Source: Oligoflexales bacterium
GTDB lineage: Bacteria > Myxococcota_A > UBA9042 > DTJE01
DNA length: 64,000 bases
NCBI GenBank assembly: GCA_012840965.1
Contig: DUVQ01000009.1
Coordinates: forward strand, 10,694 to 74,693
Direction of reading: 5' to 3'
The position numbers were made by a program, and so were the translations under genes. The notes beneath the pieces are model-generated. The model was not told the origin of the DNA and did not search any database. It saw nothing but the letters and a program-made list of their open reading frames with translations. Shown one piece after another: positions 9,811-19,533 of this stretch (the stretch's first letter is position 1; each line of letters starts with the position of its first letter).

Positions 9811-11852
9811 ATGAAACAACAAAAATGGGCTTTATGGGTCGTTGTAAGCCTGACACCCCCGATAACGGACAAGAACCTCCAGAGCCATGTGAAACTGCCG
9901 CCATGACCGACAAGATAGAGGCAGCTACCACGGCGATGCAGGAGGCCAAGGCTGCCTATCAGGCCAAGCGTGAATCCGGTGAGCAAGAGGCAACAAGCGC
10001 TGCGATTGCCTATCTGAAAACCAAAGAAGCCGTATCTGATATAAACACCGACGGGTCGGCGATTTTTTTCACCTGGGCATCCAGCATTAGGTGCGGTATT
10101 TACACTGCCCCTATGTCCTCTTTCGTCGGAAGTTACGCCCCACAGCCCCCACCACCAGCTCCATCGCCGATAAATGCGCCCGTTGGCTCTGGGAAGGCCG
10201 CTGTTTACTCAACGCTGCCCCCCGAGGAAGGCTCGCAAAACACTCACCAGGAAATAAGACGATTGCTAACAAATGCCGGCTTTGATGTTGCTCCCGCATT
10301 TGAAGGCCCTGCAGTTACCTTGGAAGCTATCCGCCGGATATCCAAGTTAGACGTGGTTTACATTCGAGTCGATGGTGCCACCGACGATGAAGTCTTCGCC
10401 TTTTTGACCGGTCAGTCTCCAACTGGCGACCTCTGTCCAATGGCCGGCGAATTCAGTAGTCGCGCCATTGGACTTGGTACAACGGTAGACGACGATGGCA
10501 CATACTTCACGATCTACCCGAATTTTTTCAAAGGCTTTGAATTTAAAGACGACAGTCTGCTTTATTTTTCGGCCTCTGACGGGCTCAGGAATGACAGTCT
10601 AGCATCCGTCATGCATGAAAAGGGACTAGGCGTGTTCATCGGCTGGAACAACAGCATATCGACTGGAACAGAGGACGAAAGGACAAACGTCACCCTTTTC
10701 GAGCGACTTTTACAGGGTGCATCACTTGGCGCCGCGATGACAGAGCTAAAGCAGGAGGACGAATCATTCGGCCAATGCTCAATAGTAATCGACGATGAGG
10801 AAGTCCTTGCTGAGCTTGACTACTACCCTAAACTGGAGGGCGCATCAATCCGGATCGTTACTGGATGCGATGAAGATTCGGAGTGTTTGCAAGAGCCTGA
10901 CGAACAAGTCTGTCACAGTCACCAGTGCACCAAAAAAAGTTGCGTTTTGGAGTGTCAGCAACAAGGATGCGGCGTCAGTTCTCAGTGTCCTGAGTTGTCA
11001 TGTGGTACTTGTGCTGATAATACAATCTGCGATAGCAACCTCAAGTGTATGCCGAAAGAGGTTAACGACTGTGTAGGTGGCTGGTGCTACATTCCTGCAG
11101 GCTCGTTTAAGATGGGAACTTTCGGCTCAGGGGTCAACGCTGATGAACAGCCGAAACATTCGGTCACGATTACACGCGCTTTCTATATACAGGAGACCGA
11201 GTTAACCCAAGGTCAGTGGAAGTTGCTTAATGACACGAATCCGTCTCACTTCAACACATGTGGTGATGACTGTCCCGTTGAGATGGTTAATTGGTTTGAT
11301 GCTGCAAACTATGCAAATCAGCTTTCCGAAAATGAGGGGTTCCAAAAGTGTTACCAGTTTAGCAATTGTGGAACTCCCTTGGGAACGAACCAGGACTGTG
11401 TAGTCACTTTTGCAGGTCTTGATTGCAGAGGTTATCGTTTGCCTACTGAGGCTGAATGGGAATATGCGGCTCGGGCGGGTACTACGTCATATTACTATGG
11501 CGATCTTGATGAAATTGCTTGGTATTACAGCACCAGTCACAATAGAACAGAAAGAGTGGGCCAGAAAACACCTAATGCGTGGGGATTATATGATGTTTCT
11601 GGCAATGTGTGTGAGTGGGTTAATGACTTCTACAGTGCCACTTATTATGAGGATCATTGCAAATCAGGTTGTAAGGATCCTCTGGGTCCCTCGAATGGCT
11701 GGCAGCGGGTTCATCGCGGCGGCGGGTTTGACTTTGACCCAGATGAGGTGCGTTCAGCTAGCCGTGACAAACGCGCACCTAATAGTGGCTTCATGGCCCT
11801 AGGCTTCCGCCTAGTAAGGACGGTAACCGAGCCCGAATTCCCACCCTTGTAG
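9811..11852 (+). CDS. Protein with C-terminal SUMF1/FGE-sulfatase (CLec-fold) domain; 5' end apparently frameshifted
   Basis: IPAGSFKMG, ETELTQ, CPVEMVNW, YRLPTEAEWEYAARAG, PNAWGLYDVSGNVCEW, RVHRGG, LGFRLVR. The RBS-backed ATG at 9811 is out of frame with the long ORF 9825-11852. Confidence 0.85.
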
Positions 11853-11880
11853 CCCTGCCCCTGTCCCTGTCCCCGCCCCC
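11853..11880 (+). repeat. Hexamer (CCYGYC) tract directly after the FGE gene stop
   Basis: ccctgcccctgtccctgtccccgccccc. Confidence 0.75.
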
Positions 11881-12061
11881 TGACGGTCGCGTCCGCTACC
11901 GCCTGCACCGTCCCTGGCCCAAGGCCCTCCATCGTCTTGCCGCTGGGCTTGGCGATGTCAGTCAGGTCCACCGCCACGTACGGCAGCTTACTGGCAGTCA
12001 GACGACCAACCTCCGACAGGTAACTGGTCAGTCGAACATTACTGCAGTGGGGAAGGTCTAA
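11881..12061 (-). mobile_element. IS remnant: terminal repeat plus a short transposase-like fragment
   Basis: 12032-12061 is the reverse complement of 17227-17256 at 29/30 positions. The inward frame reads YVAVDLTDIAKPSGKTMEGLG, which resembles (from memory, unverified) the first catalytic-Asp region of some DDE transposases. Confidence 0.6.
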
Positions 12062-12129
12062 TTCGAACACCGTTGCTTCCAAATATCGGCTGCGGTACAC
12101 TTGATGTCCCCAATGGGAGAAACGCGACC

Positions 12130-13248
12130 ATGAAACTCATGTTTTCATTCCTGGCTGTTTTGATCGCCTGCGGCTGTGCCTCAAGAGACTCTGCCTCAAT
12201 ATCACCCACGAAGGGGGTTTCCGTTGATGAAATGGACACGGCTCAGTTCGATGGAACCGGCTGTGTGCTGTCCAGACAGATCGATGCAGTCACGGCGGAA
12301 ATGATCTGCATGGAATTCGACGACATCTGGCAGATGGGCGCAAAAATTGTCACGGTGCGAATCGGGCAGGAGGGACTGGATTTCGTTAAGAAAGATTTGT
12401 CCAGTATTGCTGAAAGCGACGAGTACGGCACGGCGTTCAAAAAATCAGTCAAGGACGCTGCTGATGGTGAATCTTACGTAAAGCCTATCGAAGTTGTTCT
12501 GTCTGGGTCGACGGCTACGCTACCGGGCACTGATTTCACGCTGAAGGTAGAGTCTTCGAATGAAGCGTTCGGTCTCGCGATTTCAAAGGACAATTTTGTC
12601 GTGAGCTCTTTCAGTCAGCCTCGGCCAGAGTTTCACGATATTTCGCTGGTTGGTGCATGGTTTCTTGCTGATATGAAGGGGGTGCTCGCGCAGATCGTCG
12701 ACCACCTCAACGCACCGGGCCGCAGCCCGAGTGTGGAGGGATTCAGATACGTCTATCTGTCCTTCAAGGACGCGCCGACCGGCCCTATTGAGCCGAAACC
12801 TTTGAAACTGACTTACCGCAATACTAAAAGTAGACAGGCGTTCGATGTCATCTGGCCGTACATCAATGGGCGCTTGGAAATTGAGGACCTCCATATGGAA
12901 GGCGATTGGTCGAGCGATGCCCAGCCAGACCCCGGGTCTCTTATTGTCGAAGGTGACAACCTCCTGGCCTTCTTCGGCGCGGAGGTCATGTCGACGCTCC
13001 CCATGTACTGGAAGGATCGACAGCGTGCAAACTTCGCATGCTTCTGGGAACCGGAATCCGTATATTGGACTGCAGAGAAGAAACTGGTCACCGTGAAGGG
13101 AATGTCTCTGGAAGCGATAGCATACCGACTGGTTCATTTGGAAGGTGATGGGTTTGACAGCAAAGAATACTGGGTATCACCAGAAGTCGGCCTGGTTCGT
13201 GGTCCGAACATTGTTCTGGAGAAGGTCGTAGAAATGAATGCTAGGTGA
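12130..13248 (+). CDS. Hypothetical lipoprotein
   Basis: Signal MKLMFSFLAVLIACGC with GGAG upstream; no recognised domain. Confidence 0.7.
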   Translation: MKLMFSFLAVLIACGCASRDSASISPTKGVSVDEMDTAQFDGTGCVLSRQIDAVTAEMICMEFDDIWQMGAKIVTVRIGQEGLDFVKKDLSSIAESDEYGTAFKKSVKDAADGESYVKPIEVVLSGSTATLPGTDFTLKVESSNEAFGLAISKDNFVVSSFSQPRPEFHDISLVGAWFLADMKGVLAQIVDHLNAPGRSPSVEGFRYVYLSFKDAPTGPIEPKPLKLTYRNTKSRQAFDVIWPYINGRLEIEDLHMEGDWSSDAQPDPGSLIVEGDNLLAFFGAEVMSTLPMYWKDRQRANFACFWEPESVYWTAEKKLVTVKGMSLEAIAYRLVHLEGDGFDSKEYWVSPEVGLVRGPNIVLEKVVEMNAR

Positions 13249-13323
13249 CCCGAGCGGTTCAGAAGGAGAGATGGCGCTTTCGCGGGTCCTTCTCGCATGC
13301 GCCTATGCCCTAGTTACCCGGCA

Positions 13324-16300
13324 TCAGTCGTTTCCGGTTCCGAACCAGCCCGTCGGAGGCGTCTCCATCATGAGCAATTCAACGCGGCGGTTGCGGGCAT
13401 GGGCACGCGGCGAGTCGCCCGCTTGTACTGGCTGTCGCTTGCCAAACGAAAGCACGAACATCCGTTCGGCCGGGACTCCCATGTCGTCACTAAAAATCTG
13501 CGCCACGGATTCTGCACGGCGTGCGGCCAGCGCATCATTGAGTTCATCGGAGCCCCGCTTGTCGGCGTGACCCTCGACACGCAGGAAGGCCTTTGGATAC
13601 TGCTGCATTGCCAAAGCAATCTCGCGAAGGAACGGCATCATGGCAGGCGATGGATTGTGGTCGTTGGTCTCAAAGTAGACGGAACTGCTCGGAAGTTCTC
13701 GGGTCAGCACGCGCATCAATCGGTGGATCCGGCCCCCCGACGCCAGGATGAGCTGCCCATCAACAACGGCTAGGCCACTGGAGGCGTTCTGCTCGTAGCC
13801 AAGTCCCACAGGAAAGAACTCGAATCCCCCATTCTCGCTGCACTGAACCTCACGGTGCGAAACGGCGCAGACCACCTCGGGGGATGTCCCCAACCGAACA
13901 AGGCGCCGCGCCCCGCTGCCGGGCGCCAAAACACGTGTCCAGTTCCCCGAATCGCCGATGCTGCGATACAATGAGCCATCCGCGCCAGCCAGCAGCCAAA
14001 TTTGCTGGTGGACCGGAAGCATCATCTGGCTCGCAACGCCCTTCAGGCAGGGTTCGGCCAGCCCACGCACCGCTCGCTCAACCCAGTTCTCGCCGCCATC
14101 GGTGGTGCAGATCATTCGGTCATGGCTGCTCAACACGCAAAATGCCCGGGGGTTGGTTTCCTGGCCTCGCCAGAACACGACCGGTATGGCACCAGCCGGA
14201 GGGGATACGGACAGTGCCGGCACGACCATTCGCCGAATCCGTTCGGGTGCCGCGTCAAGGCGCCATTGCTCAAGAACAAGGGCCCCTGCGGCGTCCCTAC
14301 CCAGAACCAGAAATGCACTACGCGCCAACCAGGCCACGTGCAGCAGCTCCGACAGATCTGTGGTCACCTGACTCGGCCGGCCCTCCGCATCCAACAGCCA
14401 CAGTCGGTGGTCGGATCCCACGATCAGGGACCGGTTACCTAATGGTCGCACCTCCCTAAATGGCGTTGCAATCTCGACAGCAAGTGGCAACCATTTTGCG
14501 CCACACGCATCCGAACGCAGTAGTCCATCGGATGCGGCAACCACTAGGCTCGGACACTCCGGGCGCCCACCAAGCCCCCACATGTCCAGGAAATCGACAT
14601 CAGGAGACGCACCGAACTCGTTCCACCGGTGGATCGGGCGTACGGCGACTTGTACCTCCCCGGCGTTTCGGGGAGGACGAACCCGAACCACGTACTGGCG
14701 AGACAGTCGTTCGGCAATCTCCTGTAAGGCATCAACGTAGGGCTGCGGACTCGTCGTATCGTCGGGAACGTGGATGACCTGTCCCTGCAGCTCCGAAGCG
14801 AGTTGCCTAAAGGCGGAGTCACCCGGGTTCGCGTCGGGCGTGACCAGTAGGAATGGCCGAATCTGGCGGGTCTCCAGTTCCCGGATCAGTTTCACGGTCT
14901 CAGGGTCGTTCGCTCGGATTACCGGCTCTCCACATGTATGAAGCATCGTGCGAAGCGCATTGTCCCAATAGCCATCTTGAACGCACCTGGGAAGGCCGAA
15001 CTTCTGAGCACACTTGGACAGGAGCGACGGGGCATCCCCCCCCAGTTTCCGAATACAACCGGCTTCGCAGTTGGCAGCCTCGCCGGAAGCCAATGCCCGA
15101 CAGTTCCTACGACACTGGAGAATCTCTTTCCCCTTGTTGCACGGACTATTCGAATGAGTCCGCAACCTGTCATGGCCTCCAGTGTTGATCTGCAACGGTT
15201 CGTCGGTCATCAGGACGACAACACGTTCGCCCTTCGCCCCCTGAAGCATTGTTCCCGCCTCCAAGAGCGCCGCCACACCGTCCTCACCGTCCCCGCCGCC
15301 AGTGGCGGATGACAGTTGCTGCATCCATCGGATGAACTGATCAGACTTGCTGGAGGGGCGATGCACATCCATCACCTGCTCGGTAAAGGTCAGCAACCCC
15401 AGGCGGGCACTGCGCCCCCGGTAGTTCAGGGTACTCGCGAAGTGGGCAACGGCCATGCGCACGGCCTCCCGTTCGGTGCTCATGCTGCCTGACATGTCGA
15501 TCGCGAAAACAATGTCGAGGGGGCGTTCCTCCTCGAATCCCCAGAACTGGAGGATCTCGACCTTACGGCTGCCAAAGAAGACACGAAACGCATCGCGGGT
15601 CAGGCCAGAAACGCGGGCTCCAGATGCATCGCGCACCTCGATATAGAGATCAAGATCCCCGTTGGCCTGGCGGATCGTTCGAGTAATCGCCGCCCGCATC
15701 CCGAACGCATCCTTTCGCTGGAGTTCGACGAAGGCCAGAAACCGTTCCTCCGCCTCGCGGGATTCGCGGGCCTCTGGGAACCAGCGGACAAAGCGCAACC
15801 ACTTCGCGGGCTGGTCCGCCAACTCGGCCTCCTGCCAGTAGAACGTCACCGCACGCTTCTGGAACCGTTCGGCCTCCCGATCATCCGGGAAAAGGCGCGC
15901 ATATAGCAGACTCATCGGACCGGACTTGTGGCGGCTGGCGGCTTTGGCCAGTTTCGCACGAAAGCGCTCAGCCTGCTCGGAGATTCGTGGAACCGATTCC
16001 ATTACTTGAAGCAGGGTATCCGTCTGTTCATCATCCAAAGGCTGGCCGGCCTCCAGTGCCTGTCTCAGCGCACGCAGGTGGTAGTCGGCAATCGCTCGCT
16101 CGAAGCGCTCCGGCCACTGCCCCCGGGTGTACCGTTCCAGACCGGCGATCAGCTGATTGAGTTCATGCGACGCGTGCGCATCCTGGAATGCACGACGCGC
16201 CTCCCGATCGTAGAGCTCGGGTTCGAAAGGTACCATCTCGGGCCATTCGCCGTAAGCCTCCATGAGTTCCTGGTAGGCAGCGACGGTATCCGTACGAATG

Positions 16301-17028
16301 GCTAGATCCCGGGCCACGCTCAATTCATTCACCCGCACTCCGGAAAGCATCTCGGCAGCCTCGGGCCAACTCTCATAGGTCAGGCGAAACTCGCGCCACC
16401 CAGCCAACGAGGAAGCAGACTGGGCCTCTGCCAATGCCTTCAGGACTTCATGCTGCCGGGCTTGCGCAACCGACGCGGCGGCCTCCGGTCGTGCCCCGTA
16501 TGTACGAAGAAAGGCGCGAACTGCATCGAGGCTGTCCTGGTCCAGCGCCCGACGCAACGCGATCTCGGCCTCACGTCGGCCGGCAATCTCCGCCTCGGGA
16601 ACACCCGGGTAGCGAGACTGAAACTCCTGGTAGCCCTCCAGGGTATCCAGGGGTTGGGTTTGGTCCCGGAAGAACGCGGTGGCTTCGAAACCGCGTGACC
16701 GATGAACCAGGTCCGCCACTATGGGCTCCCGGGCGTAACGCCTCGCGAATTCCCGGTAGGCCTCGACCGTGTCAGCACGTCGAGCCAATCCCAGCCGCGC
16801 CTCGCCCACCAGAACAAAGACTTCATCGCGCTCGGGCGGGTGCTTGCCCCGCGCCTGCTGCTTGTCCAACCAGGACTGCCCTTTGCTCACAACGCGGTCC
16901 AAGGAGCCGTTATCCAGGAGTTTGCGAAGGGATACCGGCAGACCGGCACATCCGGTTCCCAGGAGGCACAGCCCCAGGGCAACAACAACGATTCGGGAGA
17001 ATTGCTTGGAACTACTCATACACCTCAC
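13324..17028 (-). CDS. Lipoprotein with helical repeats, vWA domain, propeller-like region and OmpA C-terminal domain
   Basis: Lipobox LGTGC; MIDAS DMSGS; VLMTD; SxDGG-like motifs (TTDGG, SENGG); VYFET...EGHADKRGS...N..L...RA...NRRVE. Visibly GC-richer than its flanks. Alternative start ATG 17019. Confidence 0.85.
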   Translation of the reverse strand: MRCMSSSKQFSRIVVVALGLCLLGTGCAGLPVSLRKLLDNGSLDRVVSKGQSWLDKQQARGKHPPERDEVFVLVGEARLGLARRADTVEAYREFARRYAREPIVADLVHRSRGFEATAFFRDQTQPLDTLEGYQEFQSRYPGVPEAEIAGRREAEIALRRALDQDSLDAVRAFLRTYGARPEAAASVAQARQHEVLKALAEAQSASSLAGWREFRLTYESWPEAAEMLSGVRVNELSVARDLAIRTDTVAAYQELMEAYGEWPEMVPFEPELYDREARRAFQDAHASHELNQLIAGLERYTRGQWPERFERAIADYHLRALRQALEAGQPLDDEQTDTLLQVMESVPRISEQAERFRAKLAKAASRHKSGPMSLLYARLFPDDREAERFQKRAVTFYWQEAELADQPAKWLRFVRWFPEARESREAEERFLAFVELQRKDAFGMRAAITRTIRQANGDLDLYIEVRDASGARVSGLTRDAFRVFFGSRKVEILQFWGFEEERPLDIVFAIDMSGSMSTEREAVRMAVAHFASTLNYRGRSARLGLLTFTEQVMDVHRPSSKSDQFIRWMQQLSSATGGGDGEDGVAALLEAGTMLQGAKGERVVVLMTDEPLQINTGGHDRLRTHSNSPCNKGKEILQCRRNCRALASGEAANCEAGCIRKLGGDAPSLLSKCAQKFGLPRCVQDGYWDNALRTMLHTCGEPVIRANDPETVKLIRELETRQIRPFLLVTPDANPGDSAFRQLASELQGQVIHVPDDTTSPQPYVDALQEIAERLSRQYVVRVRPPRNAGEVQVAVRPIHRWNEFGASPDVDFLDMWGLGGRPECPSLVVAASDGLLRSDACGAKWLPLAVEIATPFREVRPLGNRSLIVGSDHRLWLLDAEGRPSQVTTDLSELLHVAWLARSAFLVLGRDAAGALVLEQWRLDAAPERIRRMVVPALSVSPPAGAIPVVFWRGQETNPRAFCVLSSHDRMICTTDGGENWVERAVRGLAEPCLKGVASQMMLPVHQQIWLLAGADGSLYRSIGDSGNWTRVLAPGSGARRLVRLGTSPEVVCAVSHREVQCSENGGFEFFPVGLGYEQNASSGLAVVDGQLILASGGRIHRLMRVLTRELPSSSVYFETNDHNPSPAMMPFLREIALAMQQYPKAFLRVEGHADKRGSDELNDALAARRAESVAQIFSDDMGVPAERMFVLSFGKRQPVQAGDSPRAHARNRRVELLMMETPPTGWFGTGND

Positions 17029-17229
17029 CCTTGGAAGTCTTGCCGAGAAACAAGCATGTGGTCGCCGCTCCTGTCAGTCACCGGCCCTTCCCGACGTATG
17101 GGTCCCGAGGGTCGTTGCGGGTGACGCGGGCGTTCCCTTCACCGGCGCCACCGACAGCGCCACGGACAGCAGCGACGCTGAACAGCCAATGCCACCTATC
17201 ACAGATGCTCGCAGGTCGCAATGATTTTA

Positions 17230-17374
17230 GACCTTCCCCACTGCAATAATGTTCGAATTGGTCAAGATCGAGCGCATACGACTACTTTGATTCAAGAAAA
17301 ATGGACATAAATTCGGCGAGTTATCGAGGACAACAACAAACATTGCATCGTCTACGAGGGGAGTGGGGAAGGTC
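17230..17374. mobile_element. MITE of ~145 bp with perfect terminal inverted repeats, flanked by TA
   Basis: tttagaccttccccact (17226-17242) and agtggggaaggtctaaa (17362-17378) are perfect 17-bp reverse complements, counting the flanking TA; the interior has no transposase. Confidence 0.8.
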
Positions 17375-17380
17375 TAAATT

Positions 17381-17458
17381 CCCGCCCCTGCCCCTGTTCC
17401 CGTCCCCTTCCCCGTCCCTGTCCCCGCCCCTGTCCCTGTCCCTGTCCCCGCCCCTGTG
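17381..17458 (+). repeat. About 13 tandem degenerate hexamers (CCYGYC)
   Basis: cccgcc cctgcc cctgtt cccgtc cccttc cccgtc cctgtc cccgcc cctgtc cctgtc cctgtc cccgcc cctgtg, followed by TGcTATAGT (extended -10-like). Confidence 0.9.
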
Positions 17459-17513
17459 CTATAGTTCCAGCCGGTTCCTTTTTCTTTCTCTAACACAAAG
17501 GAGTGAATTTGCC

Positions 17514-18431
17514 ATGATCGTAAGGACGCCCTCTGAATTTTTGGACGCCTTTGCTGCTCTTAAGCCTCTCGAAAACCCACAGGCCACGGCCAGGGGCGCC
17601 TTTTTGCTGGCTCCAGCCGATTTTTCCTTGGCCCAGGAGTCTGCCACCGATAACAAATACATGGCCATGGACCAGGTCGTAGACCCCTTGAAGGCCTTGG
17701 CCCAACACTCTAACTTGGCCTCTGCACTGCGTCAGGATGTGCCAATCATCGTGTTCCCTGGGGATCCGACTACTCCCGACGCTGTATTTCCCAACAACGT
17801 GTTTGGGACTGCCCCTGGGACGTTTATCGTTGGAAAAATGCGCCATCCTGTGCGCCAAGTTGAGGCAACTCGTCAGGACATTCGCTCATTTTTCACTGAC
17901 ATAATGGGCTACAACCAGTATGACATGTCCGGACGTGACGACTTGGTGGCTGAACTTACAGGGTCCTTGATCATCGATCACATCCGCAAGGTCGGTTATG
18001 TCGGCCTGACTGAGCGGTGCGACCTGGAAGGAGCAAAGGCCATGCATGAGGCCTTTGGCCTGCGTCTGACCTTTGCCTTTGATTTGGCTGAAGGTGAGTA
18101 CCACACCAACGTGGTGTTTACTATGCTGGCTGGGCGTGGCGCCATTTTGTCGGCTGACGGCTATAAGGATCCTGAGGTACCAAAGGCAATCGCCAAGGCT
18201 TATGACAATAAAGTCGTGTGGTTAACACCACAGCAAAAGGCCGCGTTTGCTGGAAACGGAATCACCCTGACAGAAGATAGAGTCTGGCTAAGCACAGCAG
18301 CAGTCAATTCGTTGACCAAGGAACAAATGGACCAATTCGCGAAGTACGGCTTTAAGGTCGGCCACGTTGATTTATCTGAAATAGAAAAAGCAGGTGGAAG
18401 CCTGAGGTGCTGTGTTGCCGAAATCTTTTAA
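17514..18431 (+). CDS. Amidinotransferase/arginine deiminase-related (pentein) hydrolase, CtlX-like
   Basis: TPDAVFPNN, YHTNV, EKAGGSLRCCVAEIF; AAGGAG RBS before ATG 17514. Confidence 0.88.
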   Translation: MIVRTPSEFLDAFAALKPLENPQATARGAFLLAPADFSLAQESATDNKYMAMDQVVDPLKALAQHSNLASALRQDVPIIVFPGDPTTPDAVFPNNVFGTAPGTFIVGKMRHPVRQVEATRQDIRSFFTDIMGYNQYDMSGRDDLVAELTGSLIIDHIRKVGYVGLTERCDLEGAKAMHEAFGLRLTFAFDLAEGEYHTNVVFTMLAGRGAILSADGYKDPEVPKAIAKAYDNKVVWLTPQQKAAFAGNGITLTEDRVWLSTAAVNSLTKEQMDQFAKYGFKVGHVDLSEIEKAGGSLRCCVAEIF

Positions 18432-18478
18432 TTAATTCCAACACTTAAAACATCTTTTATCGCATCAAAAGCCCACTG

Positions 18479-19519
18479 TTACTGAATCTCTTTTGGTCCT
18501 GGGACAATAAACATTTTGTCCTCTAAGGACTCCTCGTCTGTAGCGGCTGCCTGCGATTCAGAACCCCGCCATCCTTTAAACGCATCGATTGCCAATGCTT
18601 GGTCCCCTGTGGTTTCAGTCGGCACCCACCCTGTAGCCATCTGATCCTGCAGGGCCCACATCTCCTGCTTTAGCTTGGCACGAAGTTTTTTGCGCCTGTA
18701 GACAAACAAAAACAGCAGAGTTATCGCCAACCATATCGCAGCGGCACTTGTCAGCACCACTATCAAGCTATCAATCCGACTAAACGAAGATTTAAAGTCC
18801 TCAAAGGCCTCTTCTGGATAGACTCCAAATGCACGATGAAAGGCCGCTTCAAACGGCTCACCATTGCGCAAGAACTTGATAGTATTAGCTATTCCCTCAC
18901 CAGATGAAACGCGGTTTAGATATCTGAAAAACAGCATCGATTGGGAATATGCCAGATGTACCTGAGCGCCAGAACTTGGGAAACCGTTTGTGATCTCGGC
19001 CAAGGGAATAAACGACTTGGTTAAGCTGGCATCCATGGACGACCTCAGACGATCAGCCACGCTTTCATCGGCCACAAGCATGGCAAACCCTTCATGAAAC
19101 CAGCGCGGGACCTGACGCCCTTCAAGCGCTGAGTCCAGGTATATGTGGGCAAGTTCATGGACGAACGTGTCACGAACCTTAAAAACCTCGTTTCCTCGCG
19201 CTGATATGACTATTTTGTCCATGTGCGACATGGCAATACCAGCGACCCAACCCTTGATTGGCCGCGACGTGCCCACCATTTCGCTCATGGATTCATCATC
19301 GGAAGCAATTGCAACCTCGATCACCCTTGGGTCATCAATGCCTAAGACACCTAAAACATAGCGACGCTTTGATTCTGCATCACGCTCAAGCCACTCTACG
19401 ACGTGCTTTGCCCCTGGAGCAGGGTTAAACACAAAATGAGGGTTTTTCTGGGCGTACGCCAAACCCGAGGTAAACAAAAGCACTGCTGCCATGACTGGAA
19501 CTATTTGCAAATTATTCAT
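18479..19519 (-). CDS. Peptidase MA-like zinc metallopeptidase with a C-terminal TM helix
   Basis: Signal peptide; HELAH...PRWFHEGFA...LAYSQS; hydrophobic segment followed by RRKK. Confidence 0.85.
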   Translation of the reverse strand: MNNLQIVPVMAAVLLFTSGLAYAQKNPHFVFNPAPGAKHVVEWLERDAESKRRYVLGVLGIDDPRVIEVAIASDDESMSEMVGTSRPIKGWVAGIAMSHMDKIVISARGNEVFKVRDTFVHELAHIYLDSALEGRQVPRWFHEGFAMLVADESVADRLRSSMDASLTKSFIPLAEITNGFPSSGAQVHLAYSQSMLFFRYLNRVSSGEGIANTIKFLRNGEPFEAAFHRAFGVYPEEAFEDFKSSFSRIDSLIVVLTSAAAIWLAITLLFLFVYRRKKLRAKLKQEMWALQDQMATGWVPTETTGDQALAIDAFKGWRGSESQAAATDEESLEDKMFIVPGPKEIQ

Positions 19520-19533
19520 GGTCGTTTTGGGCG

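Noticed and set aside
11690-11852. FGE/CLec C-terminus as a diversity-generating retroelement variable region
   Set aside because: No template repeat, reverse transcriptase or Avd gene in the window, and several codons at candidate variable sites (AAA, GCA, ATG) do not fit AAY-derived mutagenesis. A remote DGR cannot be excluded without a genome-wide search.
12062-17227. Integron cassette array
   Set aside because: The genes are convergent, there are no canonical RYYYAAC/GTTRRRY sites, and there is no intI.
17301-17513. N-terminal extension of the amidinotransferase ORF (PSPSLSPPLS...)
   Set aside because: It is read-through of the MITE and hexamer tract; the RBS-backed start is 17514.
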